Shown: one piece after another, positions 36,131 to 48,952 of the stretch | How the letters are laid out: each line of letters starts with the position of its first letter | Position numbering within the stretch: the first letter of the stretch is position 1 | Assembly (NCBI RefSeq): GCF_018350175.1 | Contig: NC_058368.1 | Coordinates: forward strand, 16,184,001 to 16,248,000 | Length of the DNA stretch: 64,000 nt | Source: Felis catus | Lineage: Eukaryota | Direction: 5' to 3' | The notes under the pieces: generated by a model | What the model was told of the DNA's origin: nothing | Seen by the model: only the letters and a program-made list of their open reading frames with translations | Database searches by the model: none | Position numbers and translations under genes: made by a program

Positions 36131-36889
36131 GATGCTGTCTCATTTGAATGCTTCATAAAGAATCAACCTAAAAGTCACTCAGCAGTCTGACAAATAGAAC
36201 GCTACTGACAATGAAATAAGGGCCCCTCATAAACAAACAGCAGAGATCGGTGTGCGTTCACGAAATTAATAAGAATAAAGTGATCACCGCCTTCTGCCTC
36301 ATTTCCCCAAACATGAAGTGACAGAAGGTACAGACTTGGTTGGCAAGGGCCACTTGTGAATCATGGAACTAGCTTTTGAGTGGGAGAGATATTCAATTTA
36401 TGGTTTAGTAAATAAACAACGGACAAGGAGAAATACATAGTTAGAAAATAAGAAAAAAGGAAAAGTTAGAAAAATTTCTCAGGTGTGTACAGTTGATATT
36501 TGGCTTCTGATAGTTCTTTATACATAGAAAGGGCTAAATAGCAGGAGAATGAGGCCTGCATCATTCAAGAAACCATAAATTTTATTCCTCATAAAATGTG
36601 GTAAAATGTCTAATCCTGATTTTACATTACGTTACTGACGGTGGCCCAGCACCTAGCCTCTCCCCCAGGCCCATTTCCACCCCTTATTCCTTGTGTATAC
36701 CAGGAATAGAACCCAGTAGGTAGCACGGGAGCAACGCTTTTAGAGATTTCAACATTAAGGTCCAGATGGTTTAGCAAAAGTTTAAGTCATTCCTTAGAAC
36801 AATAAAAACATAAGATTATCAGGACTGTGTGTGTGTGTGACTCACAGACATCTGAAGCCTGGCTTATGAAAACTGGCTGTTCATGGGAA

Positions 36890-37312
36890 GAATTAGCACA
36901 TAGCTTCGACTGCTTATACTATCGACCCAAAATAACAGTATCTTAAACAAAGTAGTGTTTCATTTCCCTGTCATGTAAAAGTTGGAGGAGAGCAATTCCT
37001 TCAGTTGCCAGAGACCCAGGAAATTTCATCATGCAGCCACACTAGGTCTGTGGTGTTGTTCTCACCCTTCTGGTTTTCCATGGCTTCTTTCCACATCCGC
37101 TTTTCAGATAGCAGGGTGGACGAAGGGGGAGGGTTATGACACGTCCCTCCACTTCAAGCTGCAGACATCCCCTTAGCCAGAACATAGTCACACGCCATAT
37201 CTACCTGAAAGACAGACAGAAATACAGTCTTTATTTTAAGTGGTAATATGATCCAGATAAAAGTTACTATGAAAGGAAAGAATGGATTAATGAGGTAAAT
37301 AAGTGTCTCTAT
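36890..37312 (-). mobile_element. MLT1J-like LTR
   Basis: 'aaaataacagtatcttaaacaa...gagacccagg...gccagaacatagtcacac...aaatacagtctttatt'. Confidence 0.7.
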
Positions 37313-38022
37313 GGAAACTTGGCCACCCACGCCTAAACATAGTTTCTCTCTGTATCTCTCTCTCTTTTTAGCACTTTAATTTTCAATAAAACCACATTCT
37401 AGTCATTTTCTAAAAAGTACTCATTAGTATTCTTCCTCTACAGACATTCTCAGTGTTTTATTTGGCCAGTTTATTAAGGCAGCCTTTGGGGCAGGCCATA
37501 TGGGTGTGTTTAGCTGCAGTGAGCTGGTCATTTTAGTAAAGGAAATGTCTGTGCAATGAAAGGACATTTCTGAGAAAGCCAAGTATGGCTAGAAATGACA
37601 AATGCTCTCTTTTACATACTACCTTAGCTGCGGTGATTTTGGCAGGGAGGGGAAGGGGACAGGTGGGTGAAATCTGATACTCTAATTAGGGAACTGATGA
37701 AGTACTGTAAATTTTAAATCATGCCCCTAAATAGGCAAAAGGAACAGACTTTTCAAGATGTAATTGTACGTGAATCACAATCTTAATGGTAGCTGATAAT
37801 GATTAGACTAGCTGAAGAATTATTATGAGACAGAATGGACAATCTAAAAATATTAAGAAGCACCCAGTATTATCTGGGGCAAAAAAAAAAAAAACCCTGA
37901 AAACCAAGGCAATAATAAAAATGAGGAAACGCAAGCGGTTCACCAAGGAGTTGAAATTTGGCAAGAATGCCATAGTATTCTCCAGAAACTTCAACCCAAT
38001 AAAGCCCATCCTGTACATCTCC

Positions 38023-38240
38023 TTTTTGTTGCTGTTTTTTTTAATGTTTATTTTTGAGAGAGAGATAGAGTGTGAGTGGGGGGGGGGCAGGCAGAGAGAG
38101 AGGGAGACCCAGAATCAGAAGCAGGTCCCAGTCTCTGAGCTATCAGTACAGAGCCCTATGTGGGGCTCGAACCCACAAACTATGAGATCATGACCTGAAC
38201 TGAAGTCAGATGCTTAACCGACTGAGCCACCCAGGCGCCT
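38023..38240 (-). mobile_element. Feliform CAN-SINE
   Basis: Full body; TSD catcctgtacat (38007-38018, 38242-38253). Confidence 0.95.
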
Positions 38241-40735
38241 GCATCCTGTACATTTCACATTATTTTTATGTTTTTGTATTTTAACCTTAGAAAATAAGAA
38301 TGTTAATATGCTAAGCAACTGTTCATTCTGAGTTCAGCCAGCCTTTGGCAATTATATTAGCATCATTTTCAGGAGAGTTACATTTCAGGATGATATTATC
38401 AGAGGTTGGAGCTTACTTGAGCGCTTCTTCACTCCTCTATGTTTCTGAACATTTAGAAAGAACTCTTTTTCTTGCCAGTGAAAGCACCTGAGAAAATAAA
38501 ACCCTTCGATTTTTATATGGCTTCTTCCAAATGTTTTGCTGCAGATGACATTTTATTAAACTTGGATTCACTAAAAAGGAATTTTATAAATACACAAAGA
38601 TGGCTTTCATTCTGCTTGTATCCATATGTATACATTGCACACATATGTGCAGATGCAATGCAAAGGAGAAATTTGCTAATTATTGAGTAATTGCACATAA
38701 ACTTTGCTGAATTTACATAAAAATGTTGGCTTTGCAGATTGTCAGGTGAATTGGGTTTTGTCTGAATTATAGTAAACAATTGAATATATTGTCACACGTG
38801 AAGAAAACCATCAGAATTTTCTCTTTGAAAGTTGGCAGTTTCAAAGAACTAGGATGAGAACTGTTTTTGTCTCCAGTTATGTGTATTTCAAATAAACTCT
38901 TAGGTAAATAATTTCTGATGAGATTTTCAAATAATTTCCCCATAAATAATGACAGAAGCTATTTATTTCAATTCTATTTCTCTCCAACTCTGTGTTTATG
39001 TGTATAATGGAATTTTTGTTTTTCAAGTTCTACAAGGCATAAGTCCTTATCATTAGCATTTTAATGTTTATATATCTTTTTGGTCAAATTTTTATGATTG
39101 TGGTCATGGTTTTTTAATTAGAGCAGTAGTCTAATTTGAAAACAAATGGAAAATGTATTGTAATCTATTTCTGGAAGCATTCAGCTGGAAAAAAAAAACA
39201 AGAGAGAAGATTCCAAGCTTTTGATTAGCATCTTTAAAATATAAGGACATCATTTCCCTCAGGGAAACAGTGAAACCAACTGATGGTAAAAGTCACTTAA
39301 AAAGCAAACAAAAAACAAAGCAAAAGAAAGAAAGAAAAAAGAAAACTTCAACAGAGAACTTTCACAAACATTTACACTGTAAGAATCAACTCTGCAAAGT
39401 GTGATTTAATGGTCGATTTCTGTTTAAAAAATGAACCAAAACAGTGTGATATGACTTAGAAGTAAAATCAATTAAATTTTTGAGTTTTATGTCTTTAGAA
39501 TTTGAGACTAAGAGAGTGAGACAGTAAGTGAACACAACCCATGGGAAAGCACATCCTCATTGTTGTAGGTTTCATGTTTTTCCTTCAGCAGTGTGAAAAG
39601 AATATTTCTCTCAAAAGATTCTGATTAACTAGCATGCTTTAAGAACAGATCTTTCTGTATACTAAATTCAGACTTACTAAGTCAATCACTCCCAGTGCTA
39701 GAAGCAGTAAAAGCAAGCAAGGAATAAGCAGGCTCATTGATCAGCTTACTCCCTGTTCTTCCCCTTAGCCCTCTGAAATCACTGTTGCATGCAAACCAAA
39801 ACTTAAAAAAAGAATGAAAACTTTCCTGTGAGAGTCAGCTATAGTGCTGCTGAAGAAATGCCCCATCCCTACCTCCCCACCTCTGGTGGTGGCCTCTGCT
39901 CCCAGTGCTCCTTCCGGAAGAACAGCTCTCCTGATACACTAGGTAGAGGACAGTCACGTTCAGCAAACACGAATTCTTTCCTGTTACAAATATGCCCATC
40001 CCTATATGTCTTTGACATTGAAATGCTGTTTCTTTGATCAAAATTGCCTAATTTTACCTTTTCCTTTTGAAGCCTAAGTCCTTGAATTTTGAAAGGGATT
40101 TTGTGAATCTGTAAGATACTTTACTTGTGAGCTGCCTGCTTGTTTACTAAAGCCCCCTCTGACTGTAGAATAATGCAGCAAAAATATGTACTGTGGAACA
40201 CGACCAGAGACAGTGCAGCCAGAGAGAGATCTGCCGGTATGTGGGGAGGGACCCACCTGGTTCAAGGAAACTGTATGTGTGGAAGGTGACACTAAATCAT
40301 ACAGAACTTCATCCCAAATGTATTGACAATTAATGTATTTTAAATGAGAAAGAGAATGCAAGCCTGTAAAGTGAGATAGCAAATATTTGGTGGTCTTGTT
40401 AGCAGAATTGTTGGCAAAGTCTGTGCTTCAGCTCTTTGAAGGGAGTTGCTCAACAATTGAGTTTCTAAACTCAAAAGTTGCTGATGATCTGTTCTGGCAA
40501 TAGTCTCCCTGAGAAGAGCTCCTTTGCAGCTGATCACCTTTAGCCAGAAGCAGCCTTATGTGCTTCACGTGTACTATGTGGGGAGAAATGTTGGTAAACA
40601 CAGCCATGAGGTAAGATAGACTATCTCAGTCAAAAAAGAAGCAGGGTCACTTATTAGAAATATCTGAGCTGCAAAGACCAGCAGAAGATCAAAAGATAGC
40701 CTACCACTTTGGTGTCCTAAGAATAAAATGAAAGC

Positions 40736-40764
40736 TACACACACACACTCACACACACACACAC
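40736..40764. repeat. Interrupted (CA)n
   Basis: Direct reading. Confidence 0.9.
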
Positions 40765-41773
40765 CTCTTTATCTTTCTCATCAGAAAAAATTGTTATATT
40801 GGAGATTAATACAAATAGGGAAGAATAAGCAGACCTTTGATAAGACCTCCAATCCTCTCATTGCCAAATGACTGAAGCATGCAATAATGGAAAGTTGGGA
40901 ATAAATAAAATTACGAATAAAAAACCTAAAAATTTGCCTTCCACTTCATTGGCCAATAGTACCCATAGAACACTTAACAGCTGAAAAAAACGTTTTAACC
41001 CAAAAGCCTATTTTATCTTTGAAAATGGAAAAATAAAAGGTGTTGTCATTTAATTGGTAATTCAGTACCAAAGCCTTGGTCATTATCTAAAGATGGAGTT
41101 CTTCGTTCAATTTAAACGTCCCCTTTGAGATAGATGTTTTGGCAATTGCTTCTAGACTTTTCATTTTGAATCAGCTGGACAAAAGTTTTCTATACCCTAT
41201 TTGTCTAATTAGATGTAATGAAATCTCTCTAGATTATTTTTGGTTTATTTTTGTGGTGAAGATATGACATTAATATTTCGGAGCCAGAAGGAAATTTCAC
41301 ATTTGGTTTTTAATGGCTGATTTAAAGACAGAAAGGGTCCTATGTGGGCAGAATCTAATCCTAGTCCAAACAGACCTTTCCACTCAGATGGTTTGGAAGT
41401 TAGGCTGTAGTAAGTACTGTCTGAGTCAGAGGTTTCTCCTAATCCTACTACTTCCTATCCTACATCGGGGGCTGTCACCAATCGCGTATAGATGTGGGAA
41501 AGAACATGAGTGATAGAGCCAGGATAAAACCTAAGACAGCAGTGAGCAACTTTATTTTTTCACATTGCCCACTAACCTCACTCCACACTCCTCAAAAAAC
41601 ATCATCTGACCGCTTTTTAAAATTCAAAATGAATAAAAAATATTTGAGTCCCATAGGTTCCTACATCTTAGATTGTCTTCATTGAACAGACAGATTTCAA
41701 TGGAGAAAATTGGCACTGACTTAAGGCGATAAAATTGTATATCAGGCCACCTTTAAGAATTAGTTAGCAGGGA

Positions 41774-41997
41774 GGGGCGCCTGGGTGGCGCAGTCGGTTA
41801 AGCGTCCGACTTCAGCCAGGTCACGATCTCGCGGTCCGTGAGTTCGAGCCCCGTGTCAGGCTCTGGGCTGATGGCTCAGAGCCTGGAGCCTGTTTCCGAT
41901 TCTGTGTGTCTCTCTCTCTCTGCCCCTCCCCCGTTCATGCTCTGTCTCTCTCTGTCCCAAATAAATAAATAAATGTTGAAAAAAAATTAAAAAAAAA
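41774..41997 (+). mobile_element. Young cat-type SINE (SINEC_Fc)
   Basis: Near-consensus; TSD aagaattag(t)tagcaggga (41755-41773, 41998-42015). Confidence 0.97.
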
Positions 41998-42864
41998 AAG
42001 AATTAGTAGCAGGGAGGCAATATTCCATTATTTATCCTGTAAATGTATTTGTCTTTTAAAAAATTTATTAGTGAGTTTACAGTCTTATTTCACCTTCAGA
42101 TTAGGAAGCTGAAGCTTAGAAAGATGAAGTGGCCATGACTCATGAAGAGCTTCCCCAAAGAGGTAGAAGTTAGAATTAGAATGTGTTCTACTAATGGCAG
42201 CATTAACACAATTGTGTCTGTCGCTGTGCCTGGGCACTGATGACACATTCCTGGTTGAGCTATTGTTTCTCTCATTTAAACTGAATTTGTTGATGGGGCT
42301 GCCCACCCTTCTCAAGGTGGTTTCATGTCCTTTAAGTTTTAGCTTAGCAGGCCAGTGCCATTAGCATCCTAGAAGGCTGGGTATACTGAGGTATTCTTGC
42401 TACTCTGAGAAGTTGCCCTTTGTGGGGGCTGACTAGGACAGAGCCCTGGGGTCAAGCCTGCTATGGACCTCACCCAGATTCCTGTCCCATAAGCAGTGTC
42501 ACAATGTTTATGGCCCATGGGATGATCTGTTCCTTAAATCTCTCATTTTATCTCCTAGGCTGAGAAATCACTATGAGGCTTTTTCCCCCCTTGATCTTTA
42601 AGGATGAAATCATTTTGGATTAGATCACAGGCTGTACAGTGGAGTTGGAAGTCTGTATGTGGCATGTGTAGATAAAATTCCTTTTGAGATGAAGTTTGCT
42701 TTTAACTCCCTTCCACCTTTTCCAGTACAAATATTAGTTATTTTACTTATGTTCTTTAGTATCTTACATTCATACATTGTTTTATAATTGTTATTTTCCA
42801 TGTAATCTTGTCTTTTAAACACACTAATATTATGTGACAAATATAATCTCTTTTACAGATGAGA

Positions 42865-42985
42865 GACCACAGACTGTAAGCCCCTCCAGGGTAGGTGCCT
42901 CATCTGTCTCGTACACCGCTGTGTCTGGTCTGCATAGCCTACCGTGTTGTATGTGCTAAATTATTATTTGTCGACTGAATGAGGA
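42865..42985 (+). mobile_element. L2 3' end within a MIR relic
   Basis: 'agactgtaagcccctccagggtagg...tatttgtcgactgaatga'. Confidence 0.65.
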
Positions 42986-43199
42986 AATGAGGGATGACTT
43001 GCTCAGGATTCCACAGGTGACAAGGGGTAGTATGGCTTTTTATCACTGACACCTGGTTATTTAACTTTTGCTCCAACATATTCAGTGATGAGAAATTCAT
43101 TACCTTTCCAAGTAGCTGTGGTGCATTTTATTTTATTTTGGTTTAGTTCAGTTTGTTTTGATTCCATTTTTTTGCCTGCTTGCTTTTGCCTGCACAGCT

Positions 43200-43680
43200 A
43201 CCTAGGGTCTCTCTTCTACTTAGAGTGATTCTGCTGATGTCAGTCGTGGTTGCTGTGATTTTATGGATAGGCATGTGACCCAGGGTAGGTCTTGCACAGC
43301 ATCCATCCCCTATTGTCTATAGTGATTGGTCTAAGAAGTAACTACTTTGGGAGCCAAGCGGACCCACTGTACACTCTTATAACCCACAAATGGAAGATGG
43401 GAGAAAGAGGTCTGCTTTCTTCTCTCTGTAATTCAAGTCCTGACAAGGCTGGTTCTTCCAGCGGCTCTCTTGGTTCTTCTGTTTCAAGAACTCACTTAAG
43501 AAAGAAACCAAACAAAAAAGAGATGAAAGCTTGGAAATGGAGAGCATCATGACACTGCCTGAACCTCTGAATGTGGTATGCTCAAACATTTCTTGAGTGT
43601 GTGGTCATTAAGTCCCCCTTTTTTTCTTCCTTTTTTTTGATTGTTTTCCCACTTGTGAGCGAAAGAGACCTAATATGGCA
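43200..43680 (+). mobile_element. MLT1K/L-like LTR relic
   Basis: 'ggcatgtgacccagg...tagtgattggtc...cacttgtgagcgaaagagacctaat'. Confidence 0.55.
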
Positions 43681-43689
43681 ACCTATCCC

Positions 43690-44350
43690 ATAATGATACA
43701 GTTTTGACTTTTAGAACATTTTTCTCTATATGGAGCCTAGATGTCCTTGTTGGAGACAGGCAGAACAAACGGGACTTTTCTTTCAAAAAAACAATGTTTT
43801 TAACACTTAGAGAAAGTTACTCTCTGATTCTCCTAGCATTTGCCTGAGTTTCTCTTCCCCAGGCTCTCTGTTCAGTCCCTTCAACTTTTCTTCATGTGAT
43901 ATAGTTTTCCATACCACCTATTTTCTAGTCTTTCAGTGTATTCTCATTTGCCCATAGATGTCGTAGCATGAGGGAGAATTACACACTGGTCAGAGCAACA
44001 TAGAGCAGGATGATAATTTTTTGTTTGTGTGTTTGTTTTATGCATTGTATTCTTTCACCGTTCCTGATGGTATCACTGGTCTTTTTGTTGTTTGTTTAAT
44101 ATCATGGTACATAATTGTCTCTTAATAGAAGTATCAGCAATTAAAACTCCCAAGAATGATACATTTGCTAATAAAGCATATCTCCCATAATTTTCAATAA
44201 TTTTTCTTTCTTTTTAACTGATTTTACATTTATTTCAACTAAAAGGATTTAGCCAGGTATGGTCCATCTTTTCTACTCATTGATATCTATTGTAAGTCTA
44301 TCAGGAAATGTATTTGCTATTTCCTTTGACTTTATATTTTCATAAAGCTA
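43690..44350 (-). mobile_element. L3/CR1 relic
   Basis: 'ctcttccccaggctc...cagtcccttcaacttttcttcatgtgatatagttttcca'. Confidence 0.45.
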
Positions 44351-45117
44351 TGTTTAAAGATGGTGGGTTTTTTATTTTTATTTTTTGTTATATCATTAAA
44401 GAAGTTAAAACCTTCTTTAGTTTAGTAGTTTTCTTAAATGAATGTAAAATCCAATAGGTTTATTTGTGAATTTTCACTTCTGTAGATCTTTATTCACCTT
44501 GAAGTTCTAACAACTATTAGTGTAAAAATGTGATTTCCATTCAGTTCTTATCTGAAAAACTAGAAAAAAAAATCACAACAAAATAGCTTCTTTGCTTTAT
44601 TTGCCAAATATTTTGCACAGTGCTTATTTTGTATTTTTCCCATGTTAAGTGTAAGAAGAGACTTGTCGACACATTATAAATAAGCAATTAATGCAGAAAA
44701 ATGAGCCACTTCTAATGCCAGAATTTCTCCAGGAAATAAAGAAGAGATGAGATCAGTGCTCTAAAGATTCTACAAGTGTCTTTATGTATTTTTTTCTTCC
44801 TTTCTCTGCAGGATAAAATAAAATTTGAGAACAAACTAGATACTTGAAATACATGCACACTACCTTAGTTATTTCAGTTTTTCATACAAAAAATATGTTT
44901 GCCTTGGATTATATTATTAACCTCCATATTTTAGTCATGATCTTTTTCACTTTTAAAAGAAGGAAAAGGTAAAAAAATGAAAAAAAAAAAGACATTCTGA
45001 GTTGTGTGTGTGTGTGTGTATGCGCGTGTGCACATGAAAGAACATCAATAACAGGAGCACAAACACCGCAAGGCCATTAACTACAGTAGTAGCTTTTATT
45101 TTAAAGCTGTCCTTTTT

Positions 45118-45240
45118 GGGGCACCTTGGTGTCTCATTTGGTTGGGCATCCCACTCTTGATTTCAGCTGAGGTCATGATCCCAGGGTTGTGGGATTGAGC
45201 CTCCTGTCATAGTCTATGCTAAGCATGGAGCCTGCTTGGG

Positions 45241-45290
<50 letters not shown>

Positions 45291-45370
45291 CCTCCCCCAC
45301 TCACACTGTCTCTGTCTCTCTCAAGTAAAATAAAATAAAACTTAAAAATAAAAATAAAAAAAAAATAAAA
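45118..45370 (+). mobile_element. CAN-SINE (older) with long (CT)n
   Basis: Head, 'ggtcatgatcccagggttgtgggattgagcc', (CT)n, A-rich tail. Confidence 0.92.
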
Positions 45371-47317
45371 TGCTCAGTCCGTGTAGGTCACAGGTGACAC
45401 TTACCCCATACCAGAAACTCTCCTTCATTAAGTATTTGTATTTTCTCCAAACTGTTACTCCCATCACACCACCACTGGTGTTTTTCATTATCTTCATTTT
45501 GGCAAGTCTGTGTCTGTCCTCACAAGTTTTTTCTTCAGAACCTCAGATCCTTTACCATTTCCTATATGGAGTAACTTCCCCACTGCCTTTTGTTTAGGCA
45601 GACAATCCTTTCCATCACAACTGGCTTATTATTTCGGCTTAGAAATCTTCCTTCTAAAGAAATACAAGGTTTCTCCTGAAAAGAATTTTGTTTTCTTTTT
45701 CTATTTCATCATAGATTCTTTTCATCACATAACAATATTACATATTCTCTTGTTTTGTTTTGTTTTGTTTTTAATTCTGCAGTTGAGGGTAATTGTAAGA
45801 ATGGAAAAAGCAAGACCTGTAACCTATTTCTCCAGACTCATTAGCTTTATTATTCTGGAAATAAACTTCAAGAATTTTAAGTAATTTACCTGTGTGGGGG
45901 GCCACTTATGGCAATAACTCATCAAGAATTTGTATCTAGACTTTGCTTCTATATGGCAAATTGTATCTGAAACTATTTTCTAAGTATAAAGGTTAAAAAT
46001 AAGTGCTAGCCTAGGATTCTGCTTAAGGAACATCTGTTCTAATCTATGATTTTACCACAATCACTCTCTTGAAAAGGTTGGAAGAAAACAATAAACTGGC
46101 AGGATTTCCGTTTAATTGACATTTAATTGAAACGATATCCTTGAGAAGAAAATTCACTTAAAGCCTTTGTGCATGGTATGCTTATAAGCAGACAGTCTCT
46201 AAGATTACAAACTGTAAGAAACAGGAGGAGACTTTGAAGTGCACAGCAACTTCAAAGTTCTTCAGCATATTCCCTGGTGGAATTTTCGTTTTGTATCATG
46301 TTTTTCCAAGTCTTCCTCCAGATGTTACATAGTAGTGTTTTACTTCAGGGAAATAGGGCTTGGAGTATGATGATTTAGACATCTTGTGAACAGACATCAA
46401 GGTCAAAAAATGGAGACATGAGCTCAGTTTTACAAAAATGTCTTATAGTATCTTATTAAGGAATGTTGGAATCATTCAAGTAGCTTCTTCTACCCAATTT
46501 CTACACTCTCCACATATCCTCTTTACAGTCCTACCTAACCTTTGGCCTAATGCCCATGTTAAGGAAAGCAGACCAGTAGTTAAAACTTATTCAATCTTTC
46601 AAGAGGCTTATAAATACTGGTTAATTAGTGAAAGAATCAAAAGAACACTCTCACAATAATCATACAGATAACAGAGTGCCTAAAAATCTTTTTTAAAATA
46701 GTGAAATATACAGTCTGTAGAAGACATAGAGGACGGTTGTTAATTATATATTGGAGACTGGAAACTATGCCTCAGGTCTCCATGCATTTTTTTGTGGAGG
46801 ATAGATAGCTGTCAGGTTTCAAATCATTCACGACAGAGATCTAATAAAAGGTATGGAGAATTTGAAGGAAAATAAATAGACAAATTTGGCTGAAGACAGT
46901 GCTGTGCTAGTGGATGTTGGAGTGTTAGTGTAAATTTAAGTTTAATGCATATTAGCTGGAAAGGAATGATGACAAATTAATATCCTTTGCCCTTTCCCAT
47001 TCGAACAGTATAATTAATTAGTATAATTGTCTTAATATCCAGGTAACATTTAACCAGCCTAGTTAATTTAGCTATAGTAGTAAAATCTGCCCCTGGAAGC
47101 CAAAGAGAAAATCAAAAGGATCCAGAACATTGATTTTCAACTTCAACCATATATAATTTATTCAAAATATTTAAGCAGGAGATTTTAGTTATATTTAAGT
47201 GGGAAAAGGAAAGGAGTAAGAGAGAGCCCCTATTCTTTGAGTGCTGCTCTTTCCCAGGTACTATCCCAGTTAGAATGACCACAGAAACTCATTACTATCA
47301 TCAGAAACAGCATTAAT

Positions 47318-47469
47318 GGGGCAGTCAGTTAAGCTTCCGACTTTGGCTCAGGTCATGGTCTCACAGTCTACAAGTTCCAGCCCCGTGTCAGGGGCTCTCT
47401 CTCTGCCCCTCCTCTGCTCACACTGTCTCTTTCTCTCTCTTAAAAAAATAACATTAAAAAAAATTTAAA
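47318..47469 (+). mobile_element. Internally deleted CAN-SINE
   Basis: Shortened head and body; TSD agaa(a/g)cagcattaa (47303-47316, 47470-47483). Confidence 0.9.
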
Positions 47470-48135
47470 AGAAGCAGCATTAACAAAAATGAATGAGCCC
47501 TTAACTGATGTGCTTACTTTTGGCTTGCCAAGACACCACTGATAGGGAGAACAGTCAACTCACTGTTTATTATAAAACTACAAACAAGCACTAGCATACA
47601 GCTTTGATATATTGGTATACACTTTGAATCTGTGGCTGTAGGGTTTAGAGAAGACAGTTTTAGATGTATTTATGTGCTAACTCTCAAGTGTTTTCAATGA
47701 GTGCTCTGAATGCCCTCTGTTTCTCATTTAGATGGATGCCTTCTTCGGTGCTCAAAGGCTTTTAAAAGCTTTCTCTCTCTCTCTCTCTCCCTCTCCCTCT
47801 CTCTCTCTCTCTGAACAGGGTAAGCTGAAAGAGGCATTTGGTAGAGTAGAGTTTTTGCCCTGGCAGGAGAAACCAGAGATTTCAACAAATAAAGACATGC
47901 ATTTATGATTGGACTGATTATTATTTTTTCTCTGAAATGACTGAGAGCCCAGTTCTCATTAAGTAGTAGGTGATGAAAGAGAGAGAGAGAAAGAGAGAAA
48001 GGGAAAGAGAGTTCTATCGGTGAAATTCTTAGGTTTAAACTAAAATAAGCCCAAAAATGATGAGGCAAAAAGAAGGTACATGCATGGAAGCAAAAAAAAA
48101 AAAAATGAAACTCTTGTCAAAAACAAAGAACAAAA

Positions 48136-48357
48136 GGGGCACCTGGGTGGCTCAGTCGGTTGGTTAAGGGTCTGACTTCGCTCAGGTCATGATCTCGTGG
48201 GTTCGTGAGTTCAAGCCCCGCCTCGGGCTCTGTGCTGACAGCTCAGAGCCTGGAGCCTGTTTCAGATTCTGTGTCTCCCTCTCTCTCTCTGACCCTCCCC
48301 CATTTATGCTCTGTCTCTCTCTGTCTCAAAAATAAATAAACGTTAAAAAAAATTAAA
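48136..48357 (+). mobile_element. Feliform CAN-SINE
   Basis: Full body; TSD aaagaacaaaa (48125-48135, 48358-48368). Confidence 0.96.
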
Positions 48358-48544
48358 AAAGAACAAAAAACCAGAAGTCTGGCATCTCCGAAAACGTTTT
48401 AATCAGCTGAGAACAGACTGATCATTAGGATCAAATTACTATCTTCATTCACATTATCCTGATAATTTAAACCCAAAATGGATAGGGTTTATGTTTAAAA
48501 AAGAAATAGAAATATTTTGTGGAACTTGGTCTGCCAACACTAGC

Positions 48545-48700
48545 TCATTTGTTTGTTAATTAATTAGGTAATTAAATTATGCAACAAATATTTATTGAGC
48601 ATCTCCTTATGCAAGGCAGTGTTCTAGACAGCGAAGACAGAAGGATGGAAATGATAAATAAGATATATAAGGCCCTTATGGAATTTATATTTTACTGCAA
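48545..48700 (-). mobile_element. L2 3' end
   Basis: 'caacaaatatttattgagcatctccttatgcaaggcagtgttctag'. Confidence 0.72.
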
Positions 48701-48952
48701 GATTTTTCTATTTTTACAAGAAAATTGTCCCACATAGCTTTAAAAAGTAGTTATAGTCTACATTTTGTATTTCTTTCGTCTTTCGATAATTTCTCCCTCT
48801 TTTGCCAATTTTGTAGACCTTGTAAATATTTTAAAGACAGAGAAAAAGTGATTTTTAAGTGAAGTACTAACATTTAGGACCTTTGACTTTTTGTACTTAA
48901 GGTACAATCACCTTTCGTCCAGAAGAGAAACACTTCATTCCTGTGGCCGTAG

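Noticed and set aside
38488..38570. Possible 83-nt minus-strand exon
   Set aside because: Weak donor (CAG/GTGCTT) and no recognisable peptide.
44785..44850. Strong-looking plus-strand acceptor (tttttttcttcctttctctgcAG)
   Set aside because: Followed by early stops and no nearby donor; isolated acceptor-like tracts are common in T-rich DNA.
47771..48010. (CT)n and (GA)n tracts about 170 bp apart as a long hairpin
   Set aside because: Complementarity is a trivial result of two common microsatellites.
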